Below, piece after piece: positions 1-12,505 of a stretch of 64,000 nucleotides of DNA. The stretch is from an uncultured Methanoregulaceae archaeon (GTDB lineage Archaea; Halobacteriota; Methanomicrobia; Methanomicrobiales; Methanospirillaceae): assembly GCA_963737635.1 (NCBI GenBank), contig CAVTTL010000001.1, positions 1,568,001 through 1,632,000 on the forward strand, written 5' to 3'. The translations under genes were made by a program, and so were the position numbers. How positions within the stretch are numbered: position 1 is the first letter of the stretch; the number at the start of each line of letters is the position of its first letter. The notes under the pieces were generated by a model. That model was not told where the DNA came from. It worked only from the letters and a program-made list of their open reading frames with translations, and searched no databases.

Positions 1-181
1 TGACTATATATAACTAGTATTTAATGGTATTTTCATTGCTGTGCAATTTCTTTGAATTTATCTTCTCTTGATAATGATCTCATTTCTATCAAAAAAGATT
101 CCCTATACTAGTATATGGTTTAGGCATGACGACGAAAATGAATAATTGCACCGGATTGTGAAGGAAAAAGTAGTGAAGCGC

Positions 182-1066
182 ATGATTTCTGTTGCCTACA
201 TCAATGATGATCATACCATGCTGGAATATGGCAGACAATATCTTGAATACCTTGGCAGTTATTCAGTCGAAATATTCGATAGCCTGAAGTATACTTCAGA
301 ATGGTTTCCTTATCATTCCTATGATGTTATAATATTCAGGGATTACAGTGCCGGCCTGAACGTCTTAGAAACGATCTTATCCGTTCTTCCGAATGGTGAT
401 TCAACACCAATTATTATCCTGAAAGACTTACTTCAGCCCCATCCGGTTCCTGAAGTTCATACGACCTCCCCAACTGTAATCATGCTCAAGACCCACAAAG
501 ATCTTCCTGTTTTCTTCTTTGAACTGCACCAGCTGATAGAACAGGTTGTAGGCAAACGAAAAATAACTGAGAGTATAAAATCCCTCGATATCCTCTTCAA
601 AGACTCCAAGATTGTGCCGGATAAGACTTTTGAAGAAAATATCACAACCGTCGTTGAAACCTGCGGCAGATCCCTATCAGCAGTTTTAGTCGCATATCAT
701 CAGAGCTCCGATACAACACAACCTCCGGTTGCAGTATGGTATGCCGGGGAGCTACCTCTTCACTTTGCATCGGCTGCTCATGCCTCGATACCTACCAGAT
801 CCCAAAAAATCAAAAAGGGACGAATATCATCAGGATGGACCTGTTCACCAGATGGCAGGATCGAATGGGCCGGAAAAGAGGGGACATTCTCTGTTGTCAT
901 GTATCCCGTCCGCCGGCATGAGTGCCAAAAAGGTGTTCTTAGTCTTGTTTTCCTTTCGAACTACCTGCCTGCCGATCATGAACTTCTGATGGTAGAGACA
1001 TTTGCGGATATGATTTCTTGGCATGAGGAGATAGCACCCCAGTTTCGGAGGGAAGCGAATGCGTGA
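182..1066 (+). CDS. Degenerate receiver-like N-terminal domain plus GAF-like C-terminal domain protein
   Basis: MISVAYINDD...YDVIIF resembles a REC fold with an altered phospho-site; C-terminal VMYPV...KGVLSLVF...LLMVETFADMI is GAF-like; ATG at 182 within ORF 146..1066. Confidence 0.5.
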   Translation: MISVAYINDDHTMLEYGRQYLEYLGSYSVEIFDSLKYTSEWFPYHSYDVIIFRDYSAGLNVLETILSVLPNGDSTPIIILKDLLQPHPVPEVHTTSPTVIMLKTHKDLPVFFFELHQLIEQVVGKRKITESIKSLDILFKDSKIVPDKTFEENITTVVETCGRSLSAVLVAYHQSSDTTQPPVAVWYAGELPLHFASAAHASIPTRSQKIKKGRISSGWTCSPDGRIEWAGKEGTFSVVMYPVRRHECQKGVLSLVFLSNYLPADHELLMVETFADMISWHEEIAPQFRREANA

Positions 1067-1339
1067 TATGACCCAATATGGACAATCCGAATGTGGGATA
1101 GCCGGTAACGACGACACAAAAGAGACTGCAAAAACACAATATATCTTGCGATGCCGGATGACTACGGGGAGGGATAAATATTGAATATAATAACAGATAG
1201 CGGGAAAAATCAGGTAATGCAACTCAATATTGGGTCTAGGGAGTGTCTCAATAAGGGCAGTTCCTGCCTTCCGAAGTATGAAGGCGATAATACTTCATCG
1301 TTTCCGTCCCAGTCCCGGTTGAGTACAGCAAGTAATGCG

Positions 1340-2758
1340 ATGCCCGGGGGCATTTCCCGCGTGCTGTACGTTGATGATGAACCCGCCCTGCTTGACCTGA
1401 CCCGGGAGTATCTGGAGAAAACCGGCGAATTTAAGGTTGATACAGTGCCCTCAGCTCATAATGCGACTGAAGCGCTCAAAGAAGAGCCCTATGATGTCGT
1501 TGTCTCAGATTACCAGATGCCTGAGATGAATGGAATATCTTTCCTGAAACAACTCCGTCACCAGGGAAACACTATCCCATTCATTATTTTTACCGGAAGG
1601 GGCCAGGAAGACGTTGTTATCGAGGCACTCAACGCAGGCGCGGATTTCTACATCCAGAAAGGGGAAGACCCAAAGGTTCAGTTTGCCGATCTTGGGAATA
1701 AGATCCGGCAGGCGGTGAGGAGGAGTACAGCGGAACGCTCCCTCAGGGAGAGTGAAGAAAGATTCCGGAATGTGGTTGAAGACCAGACTGAGCTCATATC
1801 ACGATTCAGACCTGACGGAACATTCCTCTTCGTCAACGACGCATTCTGTCGGTATTTCAATGTACTGCGGGAACATATTCTCGGCCACAGGTTCGAAATA
1901 CAGATTCCTTCTGAAGATTGTGCCATGGTGGAAACCCATCTCAAATCGCTGACCCGGGAGCACCCAGTTGCAACTATCGAGCACCGGGTTATCATGCCTG
2001 ATGGATTCCTACGGTGGCAACAAAGGAATGACCGGGGTATTTTCGACAATAACGGCGTCCTGATCGAATACCAGTCGGTCGGAAGAGACATAACTGATCT
2101 GAAACTTGCAGAAGAATCCCTGAAAACATCGCTCAAAGAGAAAAATATGCTTCTCCGGGAGATTCATCACCGGGTCAAGAACAACATGCAGGTCGTTATC
2201 GGCTTGCTCCAGTTTCAGGCATCGACCGTCTCGTCACCTGAGATAGCGCGAATCGTCCTTGATACCGAAACCCGTATCCGATCAATGGTCCTTATCCATG
2301 AGCGGCTCTATAATTCCAACGATTTCGTTAATATTCCCCTCGAGTCGTATATACGGGATCTCATTGACAGTCTTATCTATACTTACAGGACGAAAACGGC
2401 TATTAAATTTGAATATAATATTGAAAATATTCAGATAGATCAGCCAAAGCTGATTCATCTGGGGCTTCTCATCACAGAAGTTGTATCCAATTCACTGAAA
2501 CACGCCTTTCCCGACCGGGATACAGGCACGATTATCCTGTCGTTCAGCCGGAAAGAAAACAATTACCTGACCCTTTCTATCCATGACGACGGCATCGGCA
2601 TTCCTGATTCCTGCGTGCGGGAAAAACCCACCACGATGGGTCTGCAGCTTATCTATTTGCTCGGCCGCGACCAGCTGAATGGGTCGATCCTGATTGAAAG
2701 AAACAATGGGACAACGTTTACCTTTACCTTTAACCCGGCACTGACAGAGGAAGTATGA
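1340..2758 (+). CDS. Hybrid sensor histidine kinase REC-PAS-HisKA_2-HATPase
   Basis: VLYVDDE/VVSDYQMP receiver, PAS domain, REIHHRVKNNMQ H-box, EVVSNSLKHAF N-box, DDGIG G1 box; ORF opens at 1181, likely start 1340. Confidence 0.9.
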   Translation: MPGGISRVLYVDDEPALLDLTREYLEKTGEFKVDTVPSAHNATEALKEEPYDVVVSDYQMPEMNGISFLKQLRHQGNTIPFIIFTGRGQEDVVIEALNAGADFYIQKGEDPKVQFADLGNKIRQAVRRSTAERSLRESEERFRNVVEDQTELISRFRPDGTFLFVNDAFCRYFNVLREHILGHRFEIQIPSEDCAMVETHLKSLTREHPVATIEHRVIMPDGFLRWQQRNDRGIFDNNGVLIEYQSVGRDITDLKLAEESLKTSLKEKNMLLREIHHRVKNNMQVVIGLLQFQASTVSSPEIARIVLDTETRIRSMVLIHERLYNSNDFVNIPLESYIRDLIDSLIYTYRTKTAIKFEYNIENIQIDQPKLIHLGLLITEVVSNSLKHAFPDRDTGTIILSFSRKENNYLTLSIHDDGIGIPDSCVREKPTTMGLQLIYLLGRDQLNGSILIERNNGTTFTFTFNPALTEEV

Positions 2759-4654
2759 CGGTACTGGAGCCCTTCCCGCAAGTCATGCCATATGATGACA
2801 CTGTTTACCAAATGGTGTTTGAAGTGTCACGGGATGCAATCCTATCCATCGAACCGCCGTCTTGGAATATTACGGCATGCAATAGAGCATCGGTAAAGTT
2901 ATTTCAGGCATCTGGTAAAGAGGAATTACTCTCAAAAAATCTCCTGCAACTCTCCCCGAAGTACCAACCGGACGGACAACTGTCCGCTAAGAAAGCCACT
3001 GCGATAATTGAGAAAACAATCGAGGAAAAACAGACTTGTTTTCCCTTGGAGATGTATACGTTTTACGGGCCAGGAATTCCCCGCATCCATCATTATTACT
3101 TGCATTGAGGTAAAAGGGCAGACACTTTTTTGGGCCACAATTGATGATGTGACTGAAGCTGAGCGTCTCAAAGATACGCAAGAGGCAACCCAGCAGGAGC
3201 TTATTGCGACTGAAGAGGAATTACGGGCCAGGTACAATGAGCTGAAGCGTATTGAAAACGACCTACGTGCATCAGAAGCGAAATATCGAACACTCACCGA
3301 AAATACTCACGATATAATTTATTCCGCTGACCCAAAGGGCGTAGTGACTTACATCGGACCTCAGGTCGCCAGGTACGGATTTACGCCGGAAGATTTTGTT
3401 TCCCATAATCTCAGAGAATTCATCTTCGAAGAAGATCTGGAGAAAATTCTCGAGGAAGCCAAAAAGACCGTTTTTGCCGGGCAACCGGTAAGAACAGCCT
3501 TCCGGACGAGGGATCACGCGGGAAATATTATCTGGCTTGAGGATAACAGTTCGATTTTGACAGATCCCCGCGGAACGGTGGTTGCAAGGACCGGGGTTCT
3601 CCGTGATATAACGGAACAAAAAGTGAATGAAGAGCGGTTAAGGAAGAGCGAAGAATTGTATTATTCACTTGCAGAAGCTTCGCAGGACTTAATTTATATC
3701 ATCAATGCCGATGACCGGATCGAATACGCCAACAGCTGCGCAGTCGCTGCATTCGGGAGAACCTACGATGAACACATTGACGAGGATCGGGGCGAAATCT
3801 TCTCTTCGGGAATTAACCTGATACAGCCGGAACACCTGCTCCAGGTATTTACGACGGGTAAACCTAGGCGGCTCGAAAGCCAGATCCCTCTTCATGGAGT
3901 GACGCGGTGGTTTGATCATGTACTTAATCCATTAAAAGACCCGGATGGGACGGTGAGAGCAGTTCTTTGCATATCGCGTGACATCACCGATATTAAACAG
4001 ATAGAAGAAGCTCTGAAAACGTCGCTGGAAGCAAAGGAAGCACTCTTGCGGGAGATCCATCACCGTGTCAAGAACAACATGCAGGTCATTATCGGCCTGC
4101 TTCACTTTCAGGCATCGACTGTCTCGTCTCCTGAGATCGCACGAATCGTCCTTGATACCGAGACCCGTATCCGATCAATGGTCCTTATTCACGAGCGGCT
4201 CTATAAATCAGACGATTTTATCAATGTCAGCCTGGAGACCTATTTAAAGGATCTCGTTAACAGCCTGATTCATGCATACGGGACAAAAACGTACATCAAT
4301 ATTGAATATTCCATTGATAAAATCCAAATTGACCAGTCCACCCTGCTTCACTTGGGACTGCTCATAACCGAAGTCATATCCAATTCCATCAGGCATGCCT
4401 TTCCCGGCCGAAGCGTTGGAACCATAGCCGTGTCATTCCACAGGCGGGAAAACAACTGCCTCATCCTTTCCATTCGTGACGATGGGATCGGAATTCCCGA
4501 TTCCTGCCTGAAAGGAGAGGCATCGACTGTTGGCCTAGCGCTCATCTACTTGCTTGGCCATGATCAGCTTGACGGGGAAATCCTGATCGAACGTGACAAA
4601 GGAACCACGTTTACCTTTAAGTTTCATTATTCATCACCAAAGGAGGAAAAATGA
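2755..4654 (+). CDS. Multi-PAS HisKA_2 histidine kinase, split by one frameshift near 3045
   Basis: ORFs 2755..3108 and 3008..4654 join into a continuous PAS domain (CF-PWRC); REIHHRVKNNMQ and DDGIG motifs. Confidence 0.85.
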
Positions 4655-5868
4655 TGGCTCAGGAAAAAATTCTGATTGTTGAAGATGAAGTCATAACGGC
4701 AAAGATTCTCGAGGACATGCTCACTTCTCTTGGGTATAAGGTGGTAGCGCGGGTAAAAACCGGAGAAAACGCCATAAAAACTGCGGGTAAGTATCAACCG
4801 GATTTTGTCCTGATGGATATCGTACTTGAGGGGATGATGGATGGCATTGATGCTGCCGCTGAAATTAAGAAGCAGTTTGGCATTCCGGTTATTTACCTGA
4901 CAGCATTCTCCGATGATGCTACCATAGGCCGCGCAAAAGAGACAGATCCGTACGGGTACCTGGTGAAACCTTTTGTCAAAGAGACTATTCATTCAACGAT
5001 CCAGATTGCCGCTGCGAAAAAATTATTTGATGACCGTATACGGACATCATCAGTCTGGCTCAACCGTACAATACAGATATTGGACCGAGGGATCGTAACC
5101 ATAGATCGTGGCGGAAGAACGATCCTGATCAATGCCTATGCAGAGCAGTTGACTGGCTGGAATATTCGCGACGCCTACATGAAACAGCTTGAGGATGTCT
5201 TGCAGTTCTATGATGCAGTCACCGATCAACCTTTTATTCTCCACATTACACCGACACTTAATAAAGGGGTCGTCTCGGTCTTCCCGTCAGATGTGTATAT
5301 TCTTTCCCGGAATGGGGGCCGGCAGTTATTGAAGGACTGCGTGCTCTCCCCGGTGATTGACACGAAGGGTGTAATAATTGGTGCGCTGATCGCGTTTTCT
5401 GCCGTGGATGACAGTCGTGCCAAAGGAGAAATAACCAATACATATCTGAAGATTGCCCAGAAAGAGCCGACGCCCGATATGAGTAATCAGAAACAAACAG
5501 CTGGACCGGCGAATTTGAAATCGCAGTCTTCGGAACGAATGAACAAGATCCTCGAAGAGATCAGCGACCTTATGCATCTCGAACAGGCGAATACGCTTTC
5601 TGTCATGGGAAAATTCGACGAAGCAATTCTAGAATACCAGAAAGCGCTAAAGATCAGGTCCAGTAATTTCCAAGCATGGCATAATAGTGGGGTTATTCTT
5701 GAGAAAATCGGGAGAAATGAAGAAGCTCTGGGTGCTTTCAACAAGGCGCTTGAGATCAATCCCCGCTCTCATGAAACGCTCCGTCATAAAGGAGAGCTTC
5801 TCAAGAAATTAGGTAGGGTCGACGAATCGCAACAGGTTTTTGAACAACTGGAACTGTACACGAGGTAA
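4651..5868 (+). CDS. Response regulator with REC, PAS-like and TPR domains
   Basis: ILIVEDE/VLMDI/YLVKPF receiver; central PAS-like region; C-terminal TPRs (AWHNSGVILEKIGRNEEAL). Confidence 0.85.
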   Translation: MMAQEKILIVEDEVITAKILEDMLTSLGYKVVARVKTGENAIKTAGKYQPDFVLMDIVLEGMMDGIDAAAEIKKQFGIPVIYLTAFSDDATIGRAKETDPYGYLVKPFVKETIHSTIQIAAAKKLFDDRIRTSSVWLNRTIQILDRGIVTIDRGGRTILINAYAEQLTGWNIRDAYMKQLEDVLQFYDAVTDQPFILHITPTLNKGVVSVFPSDVYILSRNGGRQLLKDCVLSPVIDTKGVIIGALIAFSAVDDSRAKGEITNTYLKIAQKEPTPDMSNQKQTAGPANLKSQSSERMNKILEEISDLMHLEQANTLSVMGKFDEAILEYQKALKIRSSNFQAWHNSGVILEKIGRNEEALGAFNKALEINPRSHETLRHKGELLKKLGRVDESQQVFEQLELYTR

Positions 5869-6124
5869 TTTCCTGGTCTTCTGTCCTCCTCAGCTTCCCG
5901 GCCATTGAAAAGAGTGGTCGTTGTAGCTGGTGAAAAAAAGATTTCCCTGCGGAATATAAGGAGAACTGCACGTGATGATGGAAGGAAAGAAGCGATGAGG
6001 TGCATGATTTTCGGTTGCATATATCAATGACAGCCATGCCCTACCGACATATAGCAGGCAATATCCCGGATGTTCCGGAATGCCTGACTGGAACATATAA
6101 GGAGCTGAAATCTACTCCGGACAG

Positions 6125-9100
6125 GTGCAGATGTGGGGAAAAGGGTACCGTATTTTAAGTATATTTACTATCAGCTGCATTCTTGCGATTCTGGTACTTC
6201 CCGGGATCAGTTCGGGAGCTATCAAAATTGGAACGAAAACTTATACGACGCTTGAAGATGCCATAGCTGCAGCAAATCCCAGCCAGACATTACTTTTAAT
6301 CAGTGACACCCCGGTGACCCTGACTCCTGGTAATATTACTGCAATTGGTAAAACTCTGACTATACAACAAAATAATACCGTTCCGTATAAAATTCTCCTG
6401 AATGGTACGATTGCATTCAATGGAACTATTAAAAGCTATACCTTAAATCCAGGCGTCAACCTCACATTAGCAACATCATATGCATTAATTTTTAGCTCAC
6501 GATCCTACTGGACCCGCGATATTCCAGAATGATTCTCTTATTGAAATCACCGGAAATTCGAATTCATTTTCTGTCAATGAACCTCATCCTGATTTGCTCC
6601 CAGGAGCATTTTCCGGTACGGGAGTAAATCTTACAGGAAATAGCAATTCTCTCAATTCTTGGATTGGCGAGATCGACTCCCGTACTTCCAATTTATCGGT
6701 AGTGTTCAACTTAGCAGGCTCATACAACAGTATCAGTGATTCTTTGTCTTGTCCGCTGATTACCAACGCCAGTGGGGGTATCGGACTCAAGGTTATTGGC
6801 AATTTTAATGGGGCGTCCGGAACGCCTTCTGCTAGTGGAAATCAGGAAAATCCAGTGACTTTTCTCCCGGAAATTTCCCCGCCTATCTATATCGCCACAA
6901 ATCAAATGAGCGCTCCAGGTGGGAGAATCTATATTGCTCCATCAGCAAATGGGAATGTTATCGAGGATGATAGTTTCGATCTGACCGCTCAACCAACTGT
7001 TTATCTCTCGAACGGAACTGCAAACACACCGACGACATCCTGGTATTTCTTCAACAGTTCATGGTCGCCGTCCGGTGGAAACAGAAACGTCAGTATCTAT
7101 TCCTCTTCACCATGGATTTTCCCTCTCGCGGGAAACATCAGCCTCGTTGCAGGTTTTTCTAATGTTACAGGGCAATCGACGGATATTATCCAAAATAACT
7201 CCTTGTCCTTGGATACTTCAACCGATGCGACATCCGGTGAATCATCAGGGAGTCTCCTGACAAATGATACCAGCTCCCTGAACTTCAGCTCGATTTCTGC
7301 AGTTGTCCCAGTTGGCATGGCAATGGGAAACAATACATATCTCGATGTGTATGGCAATACTGTATCTACCCTCGGATCTCTTGGTTACGTAACCATCCTT
7401 GACTTCGACCCCTATCATTCCCTCCCCGGTGAAAACTTCAATGAGACACAGACGACCAACTGGGGTTCGATATCGGACTTCAGGACAGTCCCTAATCTTA
7501 CATTCGTCGTTGAAAATCCAACCACGCATGCGTTGCTCGGGAATGTCAGTTACGATCAGAATCTTAGTCTTTTAGCTCAGGGAATAGATTCAGGCCTTTC
7601 CATATTTGGGAACAATTTCGATATTTCTTCGACTGGAAATAGCACCAATTTTACCATGACAAACACGACCCTTAATCTGACCTTCAACTCATCGGCCACC
7701 CTAACGATGTACCCCAATAACTTCCCATTTGCAAGTTCTGGGAACATAACGATTGTTGCAACTACCGATGCGGGATCAGCAACTACGATTTTCGATAAAG
7801 GTGCCTTGCTTAACCAAGGTGCTGGTTTTGTTGCTCCTTCCCAGACACCTACTGTTGTAGCGGATACCAGCATAACCCTCCCGATCCTTCAGTTCAGTAA
7901 GTTCGATTTCTTTGAAACGGATCCGGTCGCATCTTTTACGAGTAGTACCACATTCGGTTATGAACCTCTTGCAGTTCAGTTTAATGATACTTCAACTTTC
8001 AACCCGACTGGATGGAACTGGTCGTTCGGGGACGGCACCTGGTTCAATACGACCGATACCACCCAAAGAAATGTAACTCATATTTTCGGTTCAGCAGGTA
8101 GTTTTCCCGTATTTCTAACCGCCTCAGATGTCGGTGGATCCAATATAACCTCACCAATCTACATCAACGTCTCAGCATCTCTGCCGATCCCTGTATTTAC
8201 CGGCACGCCGACATTCGGCTACGAGCCCCTGAATGTCCAGTTTAATGACAGCACGCCATCGACCGGCATTCTGTATTGGAACTGGTCGTTTGGGGATAAC
8301 AACTGGTTCAACACTACGGACAGCACGCTTCGGAATATTTCGCATCCCTATTCCTCCGTCGGAAGCTACACGGTTAACCTGAGCATTACAAACCAGTCCG
8401 GACTGAGCTCCCCTGCGATCGTCAGTAACACGACGTCAATAGCGAATTATATTAATGTCTCATCCCCTCCACCAATACCATCGTTTACCAGTAATACCAC
8501 GTTCGGGTATGTGCCACTCGGAGTCCAGTTCAACGATACGACAGTTTCAATGAATATCCTGTATTGGAACTGGTCGTTCGGTGATAATACCTGGTTCAAT
8601 ACCACGGTCAGCGCGCTTCGGAATATTTCGCATCCCTATTCCTCCATCGGAAGTTACACGGTGAACCTGAGCATCACGAATTCAACCGGCCTCAGCGTCC
8701 CGGCAACAAATACCAACACGACGTCAATAGCGAATTATATTAATGTCTCATCCCCTCCGCCAATACCATCGTTTACCAGTAATACGACGTCCGGGTATGT
8801 ACCGCTTGGGATCCAGTTCAATGATACGACGGTTTCAACGAATATCCAGTACTGGAACTGGTCATTCGGTGATAACACGTGGTTCAATACCACTGATGAT
8901 ATGCTTCGGAATGCGACGCACCAGTATGTATCTTCAGGAAGTTACACGGTGAACCTGAGCGTCACGAATTTAACCGGCCTTAGCTTTCCGGCAACAAATA
9001 CCAACACAACGTCGATTGCGAATTATATTGATGCCTTATCACTTCCAATTCCTGATTTCACGGGATCGCCGAGGAGTGGAAATGCAACCCTGAATGTCCA

Positions 9101-11128
9101 GTTCAACGATACGTCAACACCCTTGGGCATTATCTTATGGAACTGGTCGTTCGGCGACAATACATGGTTTAACACTACGAACAGCATACTCCGGAACGCC
9201 ACCCATACGTACCAGATTGAAGGGGCATATACCGTAAACCTGTCATTGACCAACTCATCGGGAACAAATACCACATATCAGCCCGGATACATCGTTGTGT
9301 ACCCACCCCTTCCCATACCAGCTTTCATAGGATCACCGACAAGCGGAAGTATCCCGCTATTCGTGCAGTTCAACGATACCTCCCCCTCCCCCGGTATCAC
9401 CATCTGGAACTGGTCGTTCGGTGACAATACGTGGTTTAACACGACCGATAGTACGGCTAGGAACGCATCGCATACATATTCGGCAATCGGCTCCTTTACC
9501 GTGAACTTGACCATCACTAATACTACCGGCGTAAACACCACCAGCATGTCGGGTTACATCCGAACTACGCCGCCCCCCCCCTCCCCTCATTTACCGCTTC
9601 ACCGGTAGCGGGTGCCACTCCGCTTTTAGTCCAGTTCAACGATACGTCAACATCACTAGGCATTACATTGTGGAACTGGTCATTTGGCGACAATAGCTGG
9701 TTTAATACGACCGATGCCACCCAAAGAAATGCTTCTCACACCTATGTCTCCGGAGGAACCTTTACCGTGAGCCTGTCGTTGACCAATTCGTCCGGGACAA
9801 ACACTACGTCGATACCGGGCTACATCAGCGTTACGGCACTGCCCTCCAGCGTCAGTTTTACTGCGTCACCGACATCTGGTTCAATACCTCTCTTTGTCCG
9901 GTTCACTGATACGTCGACATCCCTTGGCATTACGGTATGGAACTGGTCGCTCGGGGACAATACCTGGTTCAATACGACCGATGCCACCCAAAGAAATGCC
10001 ATTCATACCTATGTCAGTGCCGGCAGTTATACGGTGAACCTCACGATAACCAATACTTCTGGAACGGATACCGCCTCAAGTTTCAATCTCATCACTGCAA
10101 CCATTCCGACGGTGACGACAACTTCCGGGAGAAGCGGTCGCGGAGCTACTACCGCAACCTTTTTGTATGCGATCCAGCAGGCACCAACATCATCCATTAC
10201 CCCGGCCACCACCCCGGTTACCCCTGCAAGTACCACGCCGGTGGAAATTTCCTCTAACCCCGGGCTGACCTCAACAATAAACATTGTACCCGATGGTATC
10301 AGGTTCCCACCTGCAACAGACGGAGTGCAACAATTCTTGCTCAACCGGATGACTGCTGAACATGCCGGTTACACAGTCGAGAGCACGAAAGACAGCGTAA
10401 CCGCGACTGGGTCTGACGATATTTTTGTTATTAATGGGGTTAATATCATGGAGAATCCTCCCGGCTTCATCACGGGTTCTGTCCAGAATGTCAATTTTGT
10501 CCTCCAACCTGCTCCTGCAGCTCTTAGTATTGGGAAAGTTTCAGTTATTGCCGGGGCATCGCTGCCAACGCTTCCGGAAAATGGAGCTGATATCAGCATA
10601 ACCGTATCCGATCTTGTTCCAGATGAAACGATGAGCGCATTCCGTGGCGTTGCTGCACAGCAGGGCCAGACGATTACATCGGTGGGTTATACGGCTGCAT
10701 TCCGAAAGGAAGGAATAACGGCCACCGGTCCGGGAGACATCCGGATGACCAGCCCGGCTGGCTGGGTAAACCAGCATGGGGGTATCCCTTCCGTCAGCAT
10801 AGTTCATATCGGCGATGACAACTCAGCTGAAATTCTCAACACTAATTATGCCGGAACCGACTCTTCGGGAAATCTTATATTCGAAGCTGATTCGCCCAGT
10901 GGGCTTTCCACATTCGGCTTGGTCACCCTGAAAAACCAGTCTCTCTCAGTCCCGGCCGAAACGCAGAATTTGGGACAGATCGGAAATCGCGTTGGGACAT
11001 ACTCGTCGGCTCTTTCTGTTGTCACCGAAAATATTCTTGTCATCGCTGCTGTTCTTCTTTGTCTTGTTGTAATTGTTGCAGCTTTATGGTTGCGCCGGAG
11101 AAAATACGACTGGTTATTCATGAAGTAA
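6125..11128 (+). CDS. Large secreted, membrane-anchored surface glycoprotein with 8 PKD domains and a PGF-pre-PGF-like domain; frameshifts near 6495 and 9580
   Basis: Signal peptide in ORF 6125; WNWSFGD PKD repeats continue across the break between ORFs 6594 and 9668; many N-x-S/T sequons; C-terminal TM helix followed by RRRK. Confidence 0.85.
7921..10100 (+). repeat. Eight tandem PKD-domain coding repeats
   Basis: Recurrent cagttcaacgatac...tggaactggtcgttcgg...tggttcaatac blocks roughly every 260-295 bp. Confidence 0.9.
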
Positions 11129-11251
11129 GGTTATCGTAAAAACAGCACAAAGCATGTCTGACTAATCCGGGATCTTGTGGACTGGATCTCCAGTCCGGCC
11201 TCTTACTTTTCGCATCCAGTTTCCGGTAACCGACAATCCCTTTACCACATG

Positions 11252-12494
11252 TCATAATTGAGGTGAAATCACCGGTGCAAGCTTTCTCCGCAGCTGGTTC
11301 AGCATCTCTTCCCGTGATTTAATCTCCCTGTTGACAGTATCAATATCTCCGGTTAATCCGTCCTGAACCGACTCCGTTGCTGAATGATCGGCACGAAGTA
11401 TCCCAAGGAGACTTCCTATCAACTTCGACTCTCTTGCGCAGTCGGGCATATTCGCATACCATCTCTTTTTCATATCCGGCCCTCGTCGCAGCGCGAATAT
11501 CCTGCTTGATTAACTCTCTGCGTTTCAGCACATACTCAATTTCGCTATACAGTTCCTGTGCATTGACCGGTTTGAGGATATAATCATCGATGCACAACCC
11601 ATACCTGCGTGCCTGCGCCGGGGTAGGTGCAAAACCAGTCAGCATGAGCACCGGGATCTTCTTTGTCAAGGGGTTTTTCTTGATCTCTTCGAGAGTCTCC
11701 CACCCGTCCATGGGGTACATCTTGACGTCAAGCAGGATAAGATCGGGACGTTTCCACCATGCCTTTAAGATTGAAAGGCATTCTTGGCCGCTGAACGCCC
11801 GGAGCGTGACATACCCTTTTTTCTCAAGCAGGAGTGAGAACACTTCCACGATATCTTTCTCGTCATCGACAATGAGAATTTTTTCAGGCAGGTGACGGAA
11901 GGACAGGGTGTAATATGCCAATCCGGATATGCCTATGATAATAATTCCCGATATCAGAAGAATTACGGCGGTGAACCCGGAATTTTGAGATCCAGCTTGA
12001 TTTTGGACGACCTGCATATCAGGATCTTCGGGGTAGATCTGCTGAAATGCAGATATAGCCGGAGAAAGATCGACGGTAACAAGGGTATCCCCGGTTGCAG
12101 TATCCTCAAGGAAGACGTACCGGAGATCCGGAGTGAAAGGGACGATCACACCGAAGTTTCCATTTTGGGAATATTGGCTGCTTCCACTAAAGACCTGCCC
12201 CGACGTTTCGGTGCTGATTGCCTCTCCTACCTGGGTACTGGGATCCCTGATGGAAAATTCATTAATGATCCTGTTCTGCCCATCGAGAAGCAGACCCTTA
12301 ATACTGCCGGTTTGGATATTGAGGTTGGGCGGAATCCCGTACTGTATTTCAGAAGAGACCTCTTTTATCCCCGTACCACTATAGGAAAAGCTGATAACGA
12401 CAATCTTCTGGTAGGAATTTGCTTGGGCGACTGCCGGATACACAAGTAAAAGCGAGAGCAGAAGGATGAGTCCGGCAAATTTCTTCACATCCAT
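11252..12494 (-). CDS. Signal peptide, extracellular domain, TM helix and cytoplasmic receiver domain; frameshift near 11410
   Basis: MDVKKFAGLILLLSLLLVYPAVA signal; TM VILLISGIIIIGISGLAYY; IVDDE, LLDV, MLT and ILKP receiver residues intact; tail continues as LLGILRAD in ORF 11252..11473. Confidence 0.8.
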
Positions 12495-12505
12495 AGTTCA
12501 CCGTT

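Noticed and set aside
9573-9586. C9 tract at the PKD gene frameshift as a phase-variation switch
   Set aside because: It encodes a poly-Pro linker and cannot be distinguished from homopolymer error given the window-wide error rate
7921-10100. PKD repeats as a diversity-generating retroelement template/variable pair
   Set aside because: Differences between copies are not obviously adenine-specific, and no reverse transcriptase is present
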